Source: Antedon mediterranea
Lineage: Eukaryota; Animalia; Echinodermata
NCBI RefSeq assembly: GCF_964355755.1
Contig: NC_092678.1
Location: 23,143,365-23,207,364 of the forward strand
Direction of reading: 5' to 3'
Length of the DNA stretch: 64,000 nt
The notes under the pieces are model-generated. The model worked only from the letters and a program-made list of their open reading frames with translations. It did no database searches and was not told where the DNA came from. Positions 63,301-64,000 of this stretch are shown here, in pieces. Position 1 is the first letter of the stretch, and each line of letters begins with the position of its first letter. A program made the translations under genes and the position numbers.

Positions 63301-63850
63301 TGTCCTCTAGAATGCGGGTACGGACAACTGTTTTTATGGCACCAGATTCATCTAGAATCATTCGGTTTTCTTCAATATCATCTGTACATTCATAAAAAGA
63401 AAAAGTTCTTTAGGTTTTAGTATGGCATACTGTTTTCAGAATAGAATATTTGTATACAGGGCTGTGTAATGAAAAAACAGATCTAATAGAATCATTTTAG
63501 TCATAATAAAAAATTTAAAAAAATAGAAAACAATTTTTTTTGTTTTGCTGACATTGCTTAGTCATAATATATACATTTTTAAACAGAGCTTTTTTTTTGG
63601 TGACATTTTTTTAAAGCAAAAAAGTAATTATGACCCTTGACCTCACCTTTTGTATAAATATCAAGTTCGTCTGCCTCTGTTTTCAGTTCTTGTAGTCTTG
63701 TCTGTTGCTCATTTACATTCATTTGAGTGGCAGCTTCTCGTAGCTCTTCACTGCCCTCGTCCATAACGACAGTGATGAGTAACTCATGCTCTGTGCGATG
63801 TTTTCTCTCCACCTCTTTCATAACAGATTCCTTCCATCCAACAATATCGC
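42390..63850 (-). CDS. Large uncharacterised Glu/Lys/Arg-rich helical (trichohyalin-like) protein with ~410-aa internal repeats; 3' part, >1800 aa in window
   Basis: Phase-consistent exons: 63647-63850, 63188-63381, 62765-62890, 62308-62464, 61879-62022, 61423-61702, 60999-61137, 60510-60684, 60159-60346, 59192-59624, 58802-58920, 58291-58463, 57892-58099, 57413-57571, 57144-57299, 56656-56838, 56240-56402, 55705-55883, 55319-55539, (51986-52228 optional), 51436-51605, 50764-50903, 50077-50269, 49616-49758, 48878-49088, 48049-48128, 47643-47828, 47109-47243, (46712-46732 microexon), 45197-45310, 44775-44879, 44268-44468, 42390-42575 (..MDELARMLDDK*). The start lies beyond 64000. Confidence 0.9.
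45843..45969. mobile_element. MITE family A copy (left TIR partly deleted)
   Basis: Family internal sequence and right TIR. Confidence 0.8.
46712..46732 (-). CDS. 21-nt phase-0 microexon (KKVEFVE) of the large repeat gene
   Basis: tttatttccttttccattgtag|AAGAAAGTAGAATTTGTAGAG|gtaaaa, between two phase-0 junctions. Confidence 0.7.
47368..47617. repeat. Near-perfect 22-bp minisatellite x11 (TCCAGGGGTGTGTAATACTATA)
   Basis: Direct tandem copies with no spacers. Confidence 0.95.
47927..47974. mobile_element. 48-bp minimal MITE family A derivative (TIRs only, TAA TSD)
   Basis: TAA|AGCTCTGTCTACACTATCAAA-AAGCTA-TTTGATAGCATAGACAAGGCT|TAA. Confidence 0.75.
48164..48325. mobile_element. MITE family A copy, right TIR lost
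   Basis: Left TIR and three internal units. Confidence 0.8.
49350..49431. repeat. 26-bp tandem repeat x3 (TTGAGCGCTGAGGGCGCTATCATGTG)
   Basis: Visible tandem copies. Confidence 0.85.
50295..50625. repeat. Degenerate ~12-13 bp tandem repeat (TTAAAATGTCAC)
   Basis: Visible periodicity. Confidence 0.8.
53405..53530. mobile_element. Palindromic MITE family B
   Basis: Inverted repeats TCATAGGCAAATTC / GAATTTGCCTATGA with extended internal symmetry. Confidence 0.7.
53714..54545 (-). mobile_element. Putative non-autonomous Helitron (3' end well supported, 5' end tentative)
   Basis: Minus strand GCTCGTCC-ATT-GGATGGGC hairpin, then AACGG-CTAG|T at 53714; candidate A|TC 5' end at 54545. Confidence 0.5.
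55993..56118. mobile_element. MITE family A copy, left TIR lost
   Basis: Internal units and intact right TIR + TTA. Confidence 0.8.
56883..57100 (+). mobile_element. tRNA-derived SINE
   Basis: A-box-like GTGGCTTGATGG, B-box GGTTCAAGTTC; body ATCTTGT.TATTTGTTTGTCTTGT..GAAGGATAGT..TTATGGTTATC is shared with the inverted copy at 62595-62752. Confidence 0.75.
57664..57819. mobile_element. MITE family A copy
   Basis: Family TIRs and internal repeats. Confidence 0.85.
61197..61363. mobile_element. MITE family C (TIR GCTGTATTCAC.A.TCACACTT)
   Basis: GCTGTATTCACTATTCACACTTTAGAGAAAGA is approximately the reverse complement of TCTCTCACTTAAGTGTGATTGGTGAATACAGC. Confidence 0.7.
62110..62220 (+). mobile_element. 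tRNA-derived SINE head / tRNA-like pseudogene
   Basis: A-box TAGCTTAGTGG and B-box GGTTCAATCC at tRNA spacing, but no valid acceptor stem. Related minus-strand remnants at ~59130-59180 and ~53082-53130. Confidence 0.6.
62595..62752 (-). mobile_element. tRNA-derived SINE (same family as 56883-57100)
   Basis: Minus strand GTGGCTTGGTGGTTATGATGCTTGGCTACCAATCCTGGGTTCAAGTCCTG plus the shared body. Confidence 0.75.
62918..63103. mobile_element. MITE family D (Harbinger-like)
   Basis: Perfect 15-bp inverted repeat GCCAACTCAGACAGC (62920-62934) / GCTGTCTGAGTTGGC (63087-63101), with TTA adjacent on both sides. Confidence 0.7.
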
Positions 63851-64000
63851 CTTTAAAAAAAAATTTAATGAATTTGTTGAAGTAAGACGCAGCAAGAACA
63901 ATATAAATCTATATAAGGAACAATACCATTTTTTAAAGAGAAAAAATTGATGCGTTTTGGACAGACAGTAAAACTGACAAACCTTTTTCTGGTAGAGCTT

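Overview
AT-rich animal genomic DNA with short GT-AG introns. It looks like an invertebrate deuterostome (echinoderm-like), but the organism cannot be fixed from the sequence alone. Genes reconstructed by hand from splice sites and reading-frame phase: (1) the first 14 exons of glutaminyl-tRNA synthetase QARS1 (minus, continues off the left edge); (2) a 628-aa single-pass Ig-type receptor with an intronless CDS and a tyrosine-motif/proline-rich tail, nested antisense in QARS1 intron 11; (3) a class-2 DYRK kinase (DYRK2/3) with an uninterrupted CDS; (4) the complete 9-exon iron/oxygen sensor FBXL5, head-to-head with (5) the sperm microtubule inner protein SPMIP1/ATP6V1FNB; (6) the 3' ~33 exons (>1800 aa) of an uncharacterised charged helical protein built of ~410-aa internal repeats (minus, starts beyond the right edge). 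Gene 6 carries a 21-nt microexon encoding a PP1-docking RVxF-type motif, a duplicated decoy acceptor, and candidate alternative exons. About 16 kb between DYRK2 and FBXL5 has no recognisable gene. Repeats are dense: ~16 copies of one TWA-target MITE, other MITE families, a 23-bp P-like micro-element, a Helitron-like end, tRNA-derived SINEs and a tRNA-like tandem array, LINE fragments and many minisatellites. Repeat boundaries are approximate and family assignments are from recalled motifs, not database searches.
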